DNA of 64,000 bases from Octopus vulgaris (GCA_951406725.2 OX597840.1:18104001-18168000), one strand, 5' to 3'. Numbered from the stretch's first letter, positions 41,151 through 53,150 are shown. Numbers and translations: made by a program. The notes: generated by a model not told the origin, from the sequence alone.

Positions 41151-41530
41151 TAGATTGTGTGTGTGTGTGTGTGACACCACTGCTTGATAGCCGGTGCCGG
41201 TGTATTTACGTACCGGTAACTTAGCGGTTCGGCAAAAGAAACCGATAGAATAAATACCAGGCTTGAAAATATTAAGTACTGGGGTTGATTCGTTCAACTA
41301 AAACTTCTCCAAAGCGGTGCCCCAGCATGGCCGCAGTCAAATGACTTAAACAAGTAGAAGATAAAAGACATATATAGAGATATATCATATACACACACAC
41401 ATACATATATGCAGAAAGAAAGAGAGAGAAAGAGGGGGTGAAAGGCAGATAAACACATGTAGTCTTAATGCATACACTTACTTGGAATACAAAATATAAA
41501 GTACGGGATAAAGAGTGCCAAATAGTCTTG

Positions 41531-41655
41531 TCTTGACAGCTGTTTCGAGTGAACCGTAACTACGTAACTACGTTCGTTATATAACAAAGACCCCGTAGCT
41601 GTATGAAATAAAATGAGTTTCTGTTAGGTGAGGCCAGGTCCTCCTCATCGGAAGA
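41531..41655 (-). ncRNA. Hammerhead-like motif, CCGAUGA core variant, long stem II
   Basis: Reverse complement: tctt-CCGATGA-ggaggacc...ggttcactc-GAAAC-agct-GTC-aaga; palindromic ACAGCTGT stem III. Confidence 0.5.
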
Positions 41656-42349
41656 ATGTGGCAAAAGACGTATTTGTTTGCAGTATTTACAAATACAGAG
41701 ATTTACAAGGGGTGTGGAAAGGGTTTAGGAAAAATAAGAATTTAATATTAGGGGGGAGAAAAGGAAGGAGAAGAAAGGTAGGGTGACGAAAGAGGAATTC
41801 ATACAATGAAGACTCAGTTGATGATAACCAAAGAAAAGAATAGATAAAACAGATTATAAGAAAAGGAAGTAACGAAGACAGCAGGGAAGTCTGTCAAAGT
41901 ACAGACAGTAATATGGAATGCAAAACGGTAGGTGGTAAATGTCAGTAGAATGGATAAGTAGATTCTAAAGAAAAACAGATGAGTCGAGATAAGACTATTA
42001 CAGAATTCCTTTGTTTATTTTTTAGTCTTTATTTCGTAATCTGTAGTTTGTAATCCATATAGATATACTTTTTAAGCCTAATTGTGTTTCTGCACTTTTC
42101 TGCTCCCATACTCGCTCGATGTGGATCGTTCTTCTGGCCGACTTTCTACACAGTAGACACCTGCCTTGGACGAAGGAGTTGGAATTTTAGTTTTCGTTAA
42201 GCCGAGCTTTACTCTGTTGATATCACCATGCTTGCGCTGGCTTCAGCGTTCTCCGACGTTATATATATTTTATATGTGAAGTGTAAACGGTCGTGGAGGA
42301 AGCGTCGCGAACCACCATAAACAAAGGTTATGCTTTTAATTTGATGGAA

Positions 42350-43020
42350 TTAGAAGGATGTTGTCTTTTACCAAGTTTCTCACAGACAAGACCATCAATT
42401 CGGGTGTGTGATGTTAGCAGCTGGACAAATTAATTGCAGCGATCCACCAGAACCATCCAACACCTCTTAATCGTAAAGGCATTGACTTTCAGAGCTGGCA
42501 GAAACGTTAGCACGCCGGGCGAAATGCGTAGCCGTATTTCGTCTGCCGTTACATTCTGAGTTCAAATTCCGCCGAGGTCGACTTTGCCTTTCATCCTTTC
42601 GGGGTCGATAAATTAAGTACCAGTTACGCACTGGGGTCGATATAATCGACTTAATCCGTTTGTCTGTCCTTGTTTGTCCCCTCTGTTTGCTCCTAGTGGG
42701 CAGTAAAGAAATAGGTATTGACTTTTATCACAACAATGCCAGACCGCACACTTCTTTGCAGACGTGTTAGAAGCTACTGGGGCTTGGTTGGGAACTTTTG
42801 TCGTATTCGCTCGACCTTGAACCTTCAGAATTCCACTTGTTTATGGACTCTTCAAAATTTGTTGGAACGACAGATCTTCAAATCTTAAGAGGACGTAAAA
42901 ATTCGTTAGGAAAAGTTTTTTGCCAGTAAAGATAGGAAATTCTTTGGGCAGGGAATAATGGATCTGTCCACAAGATGGCAGAAGATACTGGAACGAGACA
43001 GTTGAATAAATCGCTTTGTG
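42350..43020 (+). mobile_element. Mariner transposase catalytic-domain relic interrupted by a SINE
   Basis: Remnants QLDKL..AI, HNNARPHTS and YSLDLEPSEFHLF; SINE at about 42490-42712 flanked by the duplication agg(c/t)attgacttt. Confidence 0.75.
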
Positions 43021-43369
43021 TTTCAAACTTGTGTCATTTTCGCTTTTAAAAAAATGAACTTTTGGTCAATATATATGTATGGCTTGCTGGTTAGGCTATT
43101 GCACTCACGATCACTAGCTCGTCGGTTCGATTCCGTTACTGGGCAGCGCGTTGTGTTCTTGAGCAAAATATTTCATTTCACGTTGCTCCAGTCCCCGCTT
43201 ACGATCAGGGGGGATAATTTGACCCGCTGACCTAGCCAGTGGGGTGACGTCATTTGAAGGCTAAAGCAATGCAGAATCGCATTGGGACCAGCGATGTGTA
43301 ACATCTGATAGCCTGGTTGGTCACGTGATATATATGTAATCAAAATAAGCAACAGGATATCAAAAAGTG

Positions 43370-43457
43370 ATGCAGTACGACCGTTTCAAGCGATTCCATT
43401 TAATTGAACAGTGCAATCATTACAGCAATTTAAAAGCAGGGCTATCCTCAGCTGCAT
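43370..43457 (-). ncRNA. Type I hammerhead-like motif with long stem II (left arm)
   Basis: Reverse complement: atgcag-CTGAGGA-tagc...gctt-GAAAC-ggtc-GTA-ctgcat. Perfect stem I, self-complementary ACGGUCGU, U-U at the stem II base. Confidence 0.65.
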
Positions 43458-43677
43458 AAATAAATAGAATTTTAATCGGTTGGACACATTAATATAATTT
43501 TTCTCAAAAACTTTAACAGACCAAGAAAATGGAAGAAATCCATGTTGTCGCTATTATAGCTAAGTCTGTTTTTAGTTACAATAGCGAAAATATCGATTTC
43601 TTCCATCCTTTTGCTCTGTTAAAGTATTTGAGAAAAATTATATTAATGTGTCATACCGATTAAAATTCTATTTATTT

Positions 43678-43765
43678 GTGCAGCTGATGATAGCACTGCA
43701 TTTAAATTGATATAATGATTGTATTGTTCAGTTAAATGGAGTCGCTTGAAACAGTCGTACTGAAT
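43678..43765 (+). ncRNA. Type I hammerhead-like motif with long stem II (right arm)
   Basis: gtgcag-CTGATGA-tagc...gctt-GAAAC-agtc-GTA-ctgaat. Confidence 0.55.
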
Positions 43766-43794
43766 CACTTCTTGATATCCTGTTCCTTATTTTG

Positions 43795-43847
<53 letters not shown>

Positions 43848-43926
43848 AATATAGGAAAAAATTTTTCGAAAAAATTATATCAATGGCCAGCATATTAAAA
43901 AATACCTTTAAAGGTTAAATTTATAG

Positions 43927-44529
43927 ATAACTTATAAAACAAGGGCAAAAGAAAAAATTCTAATGCCAAATATGCCGAAAATAGACAAATTGTCAATAAC
44001 CATTATAATTTATCACTATTAACTTGCGTCTCGAAACAAGCCGACAGAAATTTTTGAAAAATTCCGTTAATACCGTATTGGTCCCAATTTTAGAGTTAAT
44101 TCATAAGAATTTTCTCCTCCTCAGCGATAAATACGTAAGACATAAATGAAATACTTACTCATACCCACGGAAAAAGCAAGCACTAAGTCCTGAGCAGACC
44201 TAAGTACCCCAAATATATCCAAAATAGAAAATCATCAGCACATCTATTTTGGATATATTTCGGGTCCTTAGGTCTGCTCAGACTTAGTGCTTGCTTTTTC
44301 CGTGGGTATGAGTAAGTATTTCATTTATGTCTTACGTATTTATCGCTGAGGAGGAGAAAATTCTTATGAATTAACTCTGAAATTGGGACCAATATAGTAA
44401 TAACGGAATTTTTAGAAATTTCTATCGGCTTGTTTCGAGACGCATGTTAATAGTGATAAATTATAATGGTTATTGACAATTTGTCTATTTTCGGCATTAG
44501 AATTTTTTCTTTTGCCTTTGTTTTATAAG

Positions 44530-44533
<4 letters not shown>
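43927..44533. mobile_element. Fold-back element (arms about 300 bp) between two (TA)n tracts
   Basis: ataacttataaaacaagggcaaaag... pairs with ...cttttgcctttgttttataagttat; short loop near 44229-44242; about 80 bp unpaired extension from 43846. Confidence 0.85.
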
Positions 44534-44616
<83 letters not shown>

Positions 44617-45494
44617 GCGAGTCGCTAAATATTTAGGTCGCTGATAAAAACGTGAACACTTTAATAATTGGACTGAATCATTAATCAAGTAACCATGAAA
44701 TACTTCTGTGCGAATAACTTCACGTTCAAGGTTTTATTCAGACACGTGAGTATCTACTGTTCAATAAAGATTTTTGGGAAGAAGAAAGGGTTTGAACAAC
44801 TTGTCATGTTCCATGATAACTTTAAGTAAATAGAAGTAAATGAAGCTACGAGATCTACTTTTCACGGGCACTAGACGTAGAATACCATGGCGAGCTACTG
44901 GTAGGAAATTATACATCGAATTCATGTGCCAGGCTCTCTCGTATTCGCGGTGGACCTTGTCACGTCTCGTAGAAGCAGTTAGAGAAGAGAGGTTGTTCGA
45001 ATGGGTGTTCACGCTTAAATAGGCGATGTGCCACTAGTGACCTCCTGCGTGTTGTTTAGGAGTTATGCCTCTGGTAAATTAGCGAAGGGGTAGTTAACCA
45101 TGTTCACCTTGAATCTTCTGGAATATTCTAGATTGTTCGATAGAGGAGAGACAACCGTCGTTGACTCCCAATGAATATTTTGTTAGCTTACGAATCTGTT
45201 TCGGTTAACGTTCTCCACACACACGCGACGATGTACTGGAAAGTTCCTGACTTGGCGTAAAAGAAAATACAGGAAGAAGAATTAATAATAAATCTCTGAA
45301 CGAGGTATAAACAGTAACTATACGAAAATGTGAGGTATATTTGCCATCTCAATATGGCTATCCACTAAGAGTGGGTGTTACTGTAGCTTGTATCCCCAGG
45401 AGAACATCGTCTCTAGCTGGCTATAGGTACACTTTCTGTGCTCTTATGGTATTTGCAAAGGGAGGTCATCCCTCCCTCGTCAACCTAAGTGATA

Positions 45495-45539
45495 CGCACG
45501 GACTGCAGTTTCTGGGTATTGACCCGTCATCAGCGTACG
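45495..45539 (-). ncRNA. Minimal type I hammerhead ribozyme, left arm of fold-back element
   Basis: Reverse complement: cgtacg-CTGATGA-cgggt caat accca-GAAAC-tgca-GTC-cgtgcg. 6-bp stem I with one GU, stem II gggt/accc with a C-A mismatch at its base, palindromic stem III, GUC site. Confidence 0.8.
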
Positions 45540-45576
45540 ACAATTGGGACTCCTTTCATCGAAAACCGGTGATTGT

Positions 45577-45621
45577 CGTACTCTGATGACGGGTCAATAC
45601 CTAGAAACTGCAGTCCGTGCA
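45577..45621 (+). ncRNA. Minimal type I hammerhead ribozyme, right arm of fold-back element
   Basis: cgtact-CTGATGA-cgggt caat accta-GAAAC-tgca-GTC-cgtgca; palindromic stem III ACTGCAGT; some mismatches in stems I and II. Confidence 0.7.
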
Positions 45622-46055
45622 TATCACTTAGGTTGGACGAGGGACGGATGACATCCCTTTGCAAATACTGATAGGGCACAGAAAGTGTGCCTATAGCCAG
45701 CTGGAGGAGATGTTCTCTTGGGGCTAAAAAGCTACAGTAACACCCACCCTTAGTGGTTAGCCATATTGAGATGGCAGATATACCTCACATTGAAGAAGAA
45801 TTAGTTATCATTTTATTCGACATATTCCCCTCTCAGATTCACACATTCATTGGAGCGGTTCTTCAGTTTTTCTAAGCCCTGTAAAACAACTGGGAAGGTT
45901 GAGCCTCCAACCAGGCCTTTTGTGACACCCTTTTCAGTACTCCTTCGTATACATACACACATGCATGTATGTCTTTAAATACACATATATTTGTAATACT
46001 GTACAAATACCCACTTTATACCTAATATCTCGCTTATGAAAACTAACTGAACCAG

Positions 46056-46195
<140 letters not shown>

Positions 46196-46526
46196 CACGC
46201 CTTCACTGGCGTGTAATTTGTCCAGTTACAACCAAGCGCAGTACTTTTTCACGGGAGATAATTTGCGTGTGACCAACAATAGCAAGAGTTACGTCCCTTG
46301 CCTAACTACCTGTAATTATTGACGTTAAAGCTAAAAAAAAACTTTCATTGTGGATTTTAAATATATGTACAAATATGTGTTTCTCTCTACCGACACATTC
46401 ACATAATTATGTAAGTCTATTTTTGCGCTTATTATTCTAGATATACCGTAGTGTATTTAAGATTAATTATTAGCTAATGTACCCCCCACCATTTTTTTTA
46501 GATAATATGGTGTAAGTTCAAAGATG

Positions 46527-46937
46527 GGATCTTTTCGGTTTGAACGGCAGTTTTTTAAAATTATTTCCACATAACTAAACACTTTTAAACTTCGTATACT
46601 GGTAGAATGTGTTTATAAAACATCTTTTTCTCTTGGCTTTATTGAGAAATTTCTATAGTTTGTAAGATATTTGTTGTGTTTTTTCTTCAATTTCTGCAAT
46701 TTCAACCAATCAATGACGTCTATTGAGGTGAAAACATTCTGTGCCGTATGAATATGTCCCTCGTTTAAGAAACAGATTGGGTTTATTTACATTTGTGAAG
46801 AAAAAAAGATACCCTTTCCCACAACCCTAACCCTAAAACAGATTGAAATGCAATAGAGCGATTCTAGGGTCATAATTATGGGTGACAATTTCATATGACA
46901 CCGCTAGAAAAAACTGCCGTTCAAACCGAAAAAATCC
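46527..46937. mobile_element. Related MITE with GG..CC TIRs, 8-bp TSD and internal CCCTAA repeats
   Basis: TIR ggatcttttcggtttgaacggcagttttt / aaaaactgccgttcaaaccgaaaaaatcc; TSD caaagatg. Confidence 0.75.
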
Positions 46938-49079
46938 CAAAGATGATATTTAGCTGCTACTTTTAGCAGGGTTAAACCCGAACGAATCGATTTATGTTGA
47001 AAGACGTTGTATTCGTCGTGGAGGTGGTGGGGACATACCTGTACAGATGTATCTCCCCTTCCCGCACTAGTTTTGTTTGTCCATAACTTTCAGAAAAATC
47101 GATGCCGGAGTTTCAGACCAGGATGCCCACAAAAGTTGGATTTTCTTCGTTTTGACGGGGATTTTCCTAATTTCTTTTTTTCTCACCACAGCCTTGGAAA
47201 ATGATAGGGGACAACTTTTTATGAATAAAATTTTTGGAAAATTTAAGATTTTTTTTTTTTTCACTCCTCCTCCATCCAGACCAATTTTGGGCAATTTCTT
47301 TCGCACTACGCACTTAGAAACGATGGGAGAAGCCTTTTCGGTTAAAGAATTTTTTTTTAAATTAAAAGAAAAAAAGAAAAGGAAAAGAAACTTGAAAATA
47401 TTTTCAGACCAAGATGTGGTTTAAGGGAAATTTAGCTGTTGTTTCTAGCACATCCTATAATCACCTTTCTCACTTTTTTGTCAGTCTGACATATTGATGT
47501 GTTTCGATATTTTTTCCCCAAACCACATTTTATGGAATGATGATGATGATGATGGAATAATGCGCTCAAGGGTGGTCCATTTCTGGGATTTAAGCAACAA
47601 AAAAGACAACAAAATTGTAATTCAGATTTTTATGGTAATTGTAAAATGAATGTCACTGTCAAACAAGCAGTTTCATTCATTTCCAATAATCTACAAAAAG
47701 AAAAAAAAAGGGATGTCTGACCAATGGAAAACAGGTGAGGGTTGGCAACAAAGAACATCCTTCCAGAGAAAATCTGCTACGATTAATTGTCCGACTAATG
47801 CAAGCATGCAAAAAAAAAAAGATGGATGTTAAAATGAGGATGATAAGAATCAGTAAATTATTAAAACTATGCATCTTTTTAACCTGAGACTGCATCTGAT
47901 TCTACGATACAAGTTTCCCATTTTAAAGTGATTCAAGTTAACACATCACCATCATCACTATTTAATGTCCATTTTCCATGCTGGCATGGGTTGGACGATT
48001 TGACTGAAAACTGGTAAGCTGCACCAGGTTCCAATCTGATTTGGCATGGTTTCCACACCTGGATGCCCTTCCTAATACCTACTTCTTTACTACCCACAAG
48101 GGGCTAAACAGAGAGGGGACAAACAAGGACAGACAAACGGATTAAGTCGACTATATTGACCTCAGTGCGTAACTGGTACTTATTTAATCGACCCCGACAG
48201 GATGAACGGCAAAGTCAACCTCAGAGGAATTTGAACTCAGAACATAACGGCAGACGAAATAGGCTACACATTTCACCTGGCGTGCTAACGTTTCTGCCAG
48301 CTTGCCACCGTCCTAATACCAATTATTCCAAGAGTGTAGTGGGTGCTTTTTACATGTCACCAACATGAGTGCCAGTTACGTAACACTGGCACTGACCATG
48401 ACTACGATCTCACTTGGCTTCACAGGTCTTCTCAAGCACGGCATATCGTTAAGGGTTTCAGTCACTTGTCACCACCCAACATTTAAAGGAGACTCTTTAC
48501 GTGCCACACGACACTGGTATTGGCCATCACTACAATCTCACTTGGCTTGACAGGCCTTCTCAAGCATGGCATATTGCCCAACACTCAAAGGGTTACTTTT
48601 TACGTCCCACTGGCACGGGTGCCACTTACACAGTACTAGCATCAGCTATGACTACAATCTCACTGGGCTTGATGGGTCTTCTCAAGCATGACATATTGCC
48701 AAAGGCCTGTCACTTGTCACTGCCTCCACGAGGCCGAACATTCAAAGATCATATTTCACCACCTCATCCCATGTCCGCCTCTTCCACAGGTTCCCTCCAT
48801 CAAAATGTAAATTGTATTAAGCACTGGTAAATCAAATTTTGTAATTAAATAATCAATTAACTTTTTGGTAGGTGAACCATCACCATCACCACCTCTTTCC
48901 CAGAGGCACTGAGAACACAGCAAAGATCACCACCAGTTCCATCATCCTTTTGATTTTTTTAATAATCAATTAATTAAATCAATCAATCAAATCAATTTTT
49001 TAATAATCCATATAGCTTTTATTACTTAACAAATTTCATTACACAAGTTTCTGAAATATAACACAATAATGTAACAGTC

Positions 49080-50010
49080 CCTGTGGGAGAGATTCTTCTA
49101 GTGTAGAGGTTTCTGTCTGAGATCTGTGTAGGGTAGAGGACCCTATGGTAGAGAATCTGTGGTAGATGTCTCTGTGACTGAGAAGTCCTTTTGGTGCAGA
49201 GGTCATTGTGGTAGGGATTCATGTTGTGTAGAACTGCTCGCATTAGAGATCCTTGTTGGGTAGAAGTTGCTCAAGTAAAGATTCTAGTGGGAAAGATTCA
49301 TGTTGTGTAGAGCTGTTTGTGGGAAACATTCATATAGCAGAGAGGTGTTTATGGGAAAGATTCGCATAGTATATAAGTGTCTGTGTGAAAGATTCATGTT
49401 GCATAGATATATTTGTGGGAAACATTCATGTAGTGCAGGTGTTTGTGGGAAAGACATGTAGAAAAGAGATCTTTGTGGGAAATATCTTTGTGAGATTGAG
49501 GTGTCTGTGGGAAAGGCCACTGTGGCATTGAGATGCCTGTGGGAAAGACCACTGTGTCATTGAGGTGTTTGTGGGAAAGACCATTATGGCATTGAGGTGT
49601 TTATGGGAAAGATCATTGTGGGGTAAAGGCCATTGTGGGGTAAAGGCCATTGTGGGGTAAAGGCCATTGTGGGATAAAGGTGTTAGTGAGAAATGTCTTT
49701 ATTGGGGTAGAAGTTCTTGTGAGAAAGATGCAATACAGAGATATTTGGGACAGAGACCCCTGTGGAAAAGCCCTTATTGTAGTAACCCCAGTGGTAGATG
49801 ACACTGTGATAGCAACTCCTGTAGTGTACATGTCTTTGTGGTAAAGGTCCTGTGTTGTAGAGGTCTTTGGCTAGAGATTCTTGAGGGGCAGAAGTCTTTG
49901 CATTGGTGGTTCCTGTAGTAAAGCTGAAGTAGAGATCCCAGTGAAGTAGTTATACTTTGTGGTGTAAAGATACCTTGGTGTATACAGGTCCCTGTAGTAA
50001 AGATCCCTAA
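49080..50010. repeat. Degenerate minisatellite downstream of the NDK stop (32-bp core 49287-49612, 17-bp units 49614-49680)
   Basis: (g/a)tg(g/t)gaaa at 49287, 49319, 49351, 49383, 49415, 49445, 49475, 49507, 49539, 49571 and 49603. Confidence 0.85.
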
Positions 50011-50105
50011 ACAAATAATGACAAGTCGGATGTGATGAGGCAAGATGGAGGAATTCCTTGATGAAATATCATCATTTCAAGCTGAAGTCTGTAACTACAC
50101 CAAAA

Positions 50106-50223
50106 TCATTCGTATCGCAAGTGTTCCGTTGCTGATTCCCAAGAGATGAGTTCATCAGAAGAAAACCAAAGACTTATTTCATGGTTGGCTGACGTCACAG
50201 AGTCACTGCCATGAACGATATTT
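50106..50223 (-). CDS. Nucleoside diphosphate kinase, last coding exon with catalytic His
   Basis: (R)NIVHGSDSVTSANHEISLWFSSDELISWESATEHLRYE-stop; acceptor atttcag|; 118 bp; HGSD active-site motif. The first coding exon (KPDG motif) was not found in the window. Confidence 0.95.
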
Positions 50224-50962
50224 CTGAAATGATGATCAAGAAATACAATTAGTGAACCAAGACAGTTATGAGAATCAGTACTCTGTTACAATAAAATATA
50301 TATAGACACTCTCACAAACATACACACACAGAGTGGTGTCACTGTATATGAGCATATTCTGTTCAAAAGCCCTGTTTGTTAACCAAGTTATTTCTTACAT
50401 GTGTAATTGAAATACATATCAACAGAACTGATCTGTTCCAAGCCAGACCCAAACTCCACATAATGCCATGAGATAGTGTTCTATCCGTCCGTGTGTCCAT
50501 AGCAAATGTGTAAAGGTATGTGTGTTGAAGAACACTTGCCAACCACAACAGAATTGGTACCAGTGCGGATGCCACATAAAAAGCACTGGTGCCATATAAA
50601 AAGCTCCCAGTACACTCTGTGGAGTGGTTGGCATTAGGAAAAATATCCTGCTATAGAAACCATGCCAAAACAGACAATGGGGCCTGGCATGGTCCCTAGC
50701 CTTACTAGCTCTGGGCAAAACATCTAACCCATGCCAGCATGGAAGATGGACATTAAATGATGATGTGTGTGGGTGTGTCTACACATTTTTTTTCTCCCTT
50801 TTACTTGCTTCTCTTGTCACAACTCATTTCTACAGCTGAGTGAACCGGAGCAATGTGAAATAAAGTGTCTTGCTGAAGAACACAACACACAGCCCAGGCC
50901 GAGAACTGAACTCATTACCTCATGATTGTGAGCCCGACACTTTAACCACTAAGCCATGTGCC

Positions 50963-51047
<85 letters not shown>

Positions 51048-51380
51048 CATTACCTGGTCCAGGAATTGAAACCACAATTTTATGATCCTGAATGAACCAC
51101 CTTAACCACTAAGCTTCCAGCTATAATACAACTCACTCGGTGTGCCCCAATGCTTATTTTGCATGTCTGATAGTTATTCTGTCAGTCTTTTCCTCACTGA
51201 ACTGCCAAGTTAAAGGAACATAAACAAGCCAACGCCAATACACACACACAAATGGACTTCTGTACAGTTCTCATCAACCAGATTCACTCTCAAAGACACT
51301 TGTCCAAGGTGCCATGTGGTGGAACTTGAAACCATGTTGGTGGGAAATGAACTTTTCCACCATACAGCCATGCATGCACC

Positions 51381-51415
<35 letters not shown>

Positions 51416-52103
51416 CGTATCTTGTACTGCGGCCATGCTGGGTCACCACCTCAAAGAGATTTTAGTCAAATGAATCGACGCCAGCACTTAGTTTCTTTTT
51501 AAAGTCCGGTACTTATTTTATTGGTCTCTGTTGCTGAACTGCTAAGTTACCAGGACATAAACACACCAACACCGGTTGTCAAGTAATGGTGGGGGACAAA
51601 CACACACAGAGTGTTCCAAATGCTCAACCACGATGGATCATCAGGGAACACTTTATTAAAGGTATACAAGGCACAAGTGTAGCTGTGTGCTAAGAAGCTG
51701 GCTTCCCAACTACATGGTTTCGGTTTCAGTCCCACTGTGTGGCACCTTGTGCAAGTGTCTTCTATGGTAATCTTGGGCCAACCAAAGCTTTGGGAGCGAG
51801 TGTGGTAGACAGAAACTGAAAAAAAAGCCCGTCATAAGTGTGTGCTTGTGTGTTTCACTTCCATTACTGCTTGATAACTAGTGTTGGTTTGTTTACATCC
51901 CTGTAACTTAGCGATTCAGCAAAGAAGATTGATAGAATAAGTAGCAGGTTTATATATATATAAAAAAAAAAGAGTATCAGGGTTGATTCATTTGACTAAA
52001 TCTTTTTGAGGTTGTGCTCCAGCATGGCTGCAGTCTAATGACTGAAACCAGTAAAAGAAACATACATTTAAAGCAAGAAATAGTAAGAATAAGTGAGCCA
52101 TAC

Positions 52104-52216
52104 CTCCCCATTTCAATAGCATAGTCTCCTCGGATGGTACGAAGCATCGACTCCTGTGGTTTGGTGGCACCAATCATTTGACGGCACATCTGTACAACAC
52201 CTTCCCCCTCCAGCAC
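52104..52216 (-). CDS. Nucleoside diphosphate kinase, Kpn-loop exon
   Basis: [37 protein letters not shown](R); acceptor gtttag|, donor AG|gtatgg; 113 bp, phase 0-2. Confidence 0.95.
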
Positions 52217-52484
52217 CTAAACAAGGGATTAAAATATGATTAATAAACAACCCAAAGAGACACACACACACACAGACACACACACACACAGACACAGACA
52301 CACACACACACGCAGACACACACAGACACACACACAAATGATTCTCCATTAGTTTCAATGATGGCGATTCACTCGTTTGATCTGAATTAATGCATAAGTG
52401 GCTGAGTATTCCAGAGACACATGTGCCCTTAACATAGCCGAATCAGCATCACACACACACACAATGACTAGGAATATGCAGGTT

Positions 52485-53150
52485 GTTTGATGGGGTCATC
52501 TCAGGTTTGTGGTCCCAGAGACATCATCATGCATAGAGACAACCAGGTCTACCAGTGCTTGCCATTGCTGGCAGTCCTGTGCCAGCCCCTGTGTATCCTC
52601 CAAGGCAGTGTTTTTCAAACCTTCTGCTGGAGCGGAACCCCAAGGAAACATTCCACTGGCTCGAGGAACCCCTGTGCAATAATTTAATAGTCTTATGCAC
52701 ACATATCTGCACAGGAGACTTAAAAATTACTACCGATTTTAGCAGTTTTGTAACTTCTTGCAGAACCCCTGGACTGTACTGGTGGAACCCTGGTTGAAAA
52801 CCACTGCTCCAAGGTAACGTTGAGCCTCTGGTGATCTTCCTTAATCACATCCAGCCATTTAATGTGGGGCCTGGTACATGGCCCCTTCCAACCTGCAGCT
52901 GGTAGGATGATCTAGTGGGATATGGAGTACATGTTCGTACCAGCGCATACAATGGATAGCTATGAGGTGGGAGACTGAAAGCTGATATGGGTGGGCAGTT
53001 CTTTGTTGGAAACGTGATGGTACCATCTGATATTCTCAAGTGTTCTTGGGGATCTATCAAAGCTATCAATACTTTTGCAAGGGTCTTCAAGAAGACCCAC
53101 TGATCTTATCTCCCAGAAGACAAAGCTCTGTATGTACAGCATATTGGCCA
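52485..53150 (-). mobile_element. Degraded RTE-like LINE 3' fragment in an NDK intron (related piece at 18230-18410, plus strand)
   Basis: Broken frames such as IRWYHHVSNKEL and EDTQGLAQDCQQWQALV; interrupted by a hAT MITE. Confidence 0.55.
52606..52806. mobile_element. hAT-type MITE
   Basis: TIR cagtgtttttcaa / ttgaaaaccactg; 8-bp TSD ctccaagg at 52598-52605 and 52807-52814. Confidence 0.85.

Larger units (their letters stand above)
43333..43802. mobile_element. Fold-back element (arms about 230 bp) abutting (TA)n
   Basis: taatcaaaataagcaacaggatatc... pairs with ...gatatcctgttccttattttgatta; loop near 43562-43572. Confidence 0.8.
45285..45791. mobile_element. Fold-back Penelope-like derivative with 12-bp target duplication
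   Basis: Inverted arms of about 215 bp (45328-45545 / 45572-45791), flanked by gaagaagaatta at 45273-45284 and 45792-45803, interrupting a mariner-type MITE. Confidence 0.75.

Noticed and set aside
49284-49844. C2H2-like CGK repeats suggesting a zinc-finger gene
   Set aside because: Unit lengths of 32 and 17 bp break the frame, and there is no C-x2-C...H-x3-H pattern.
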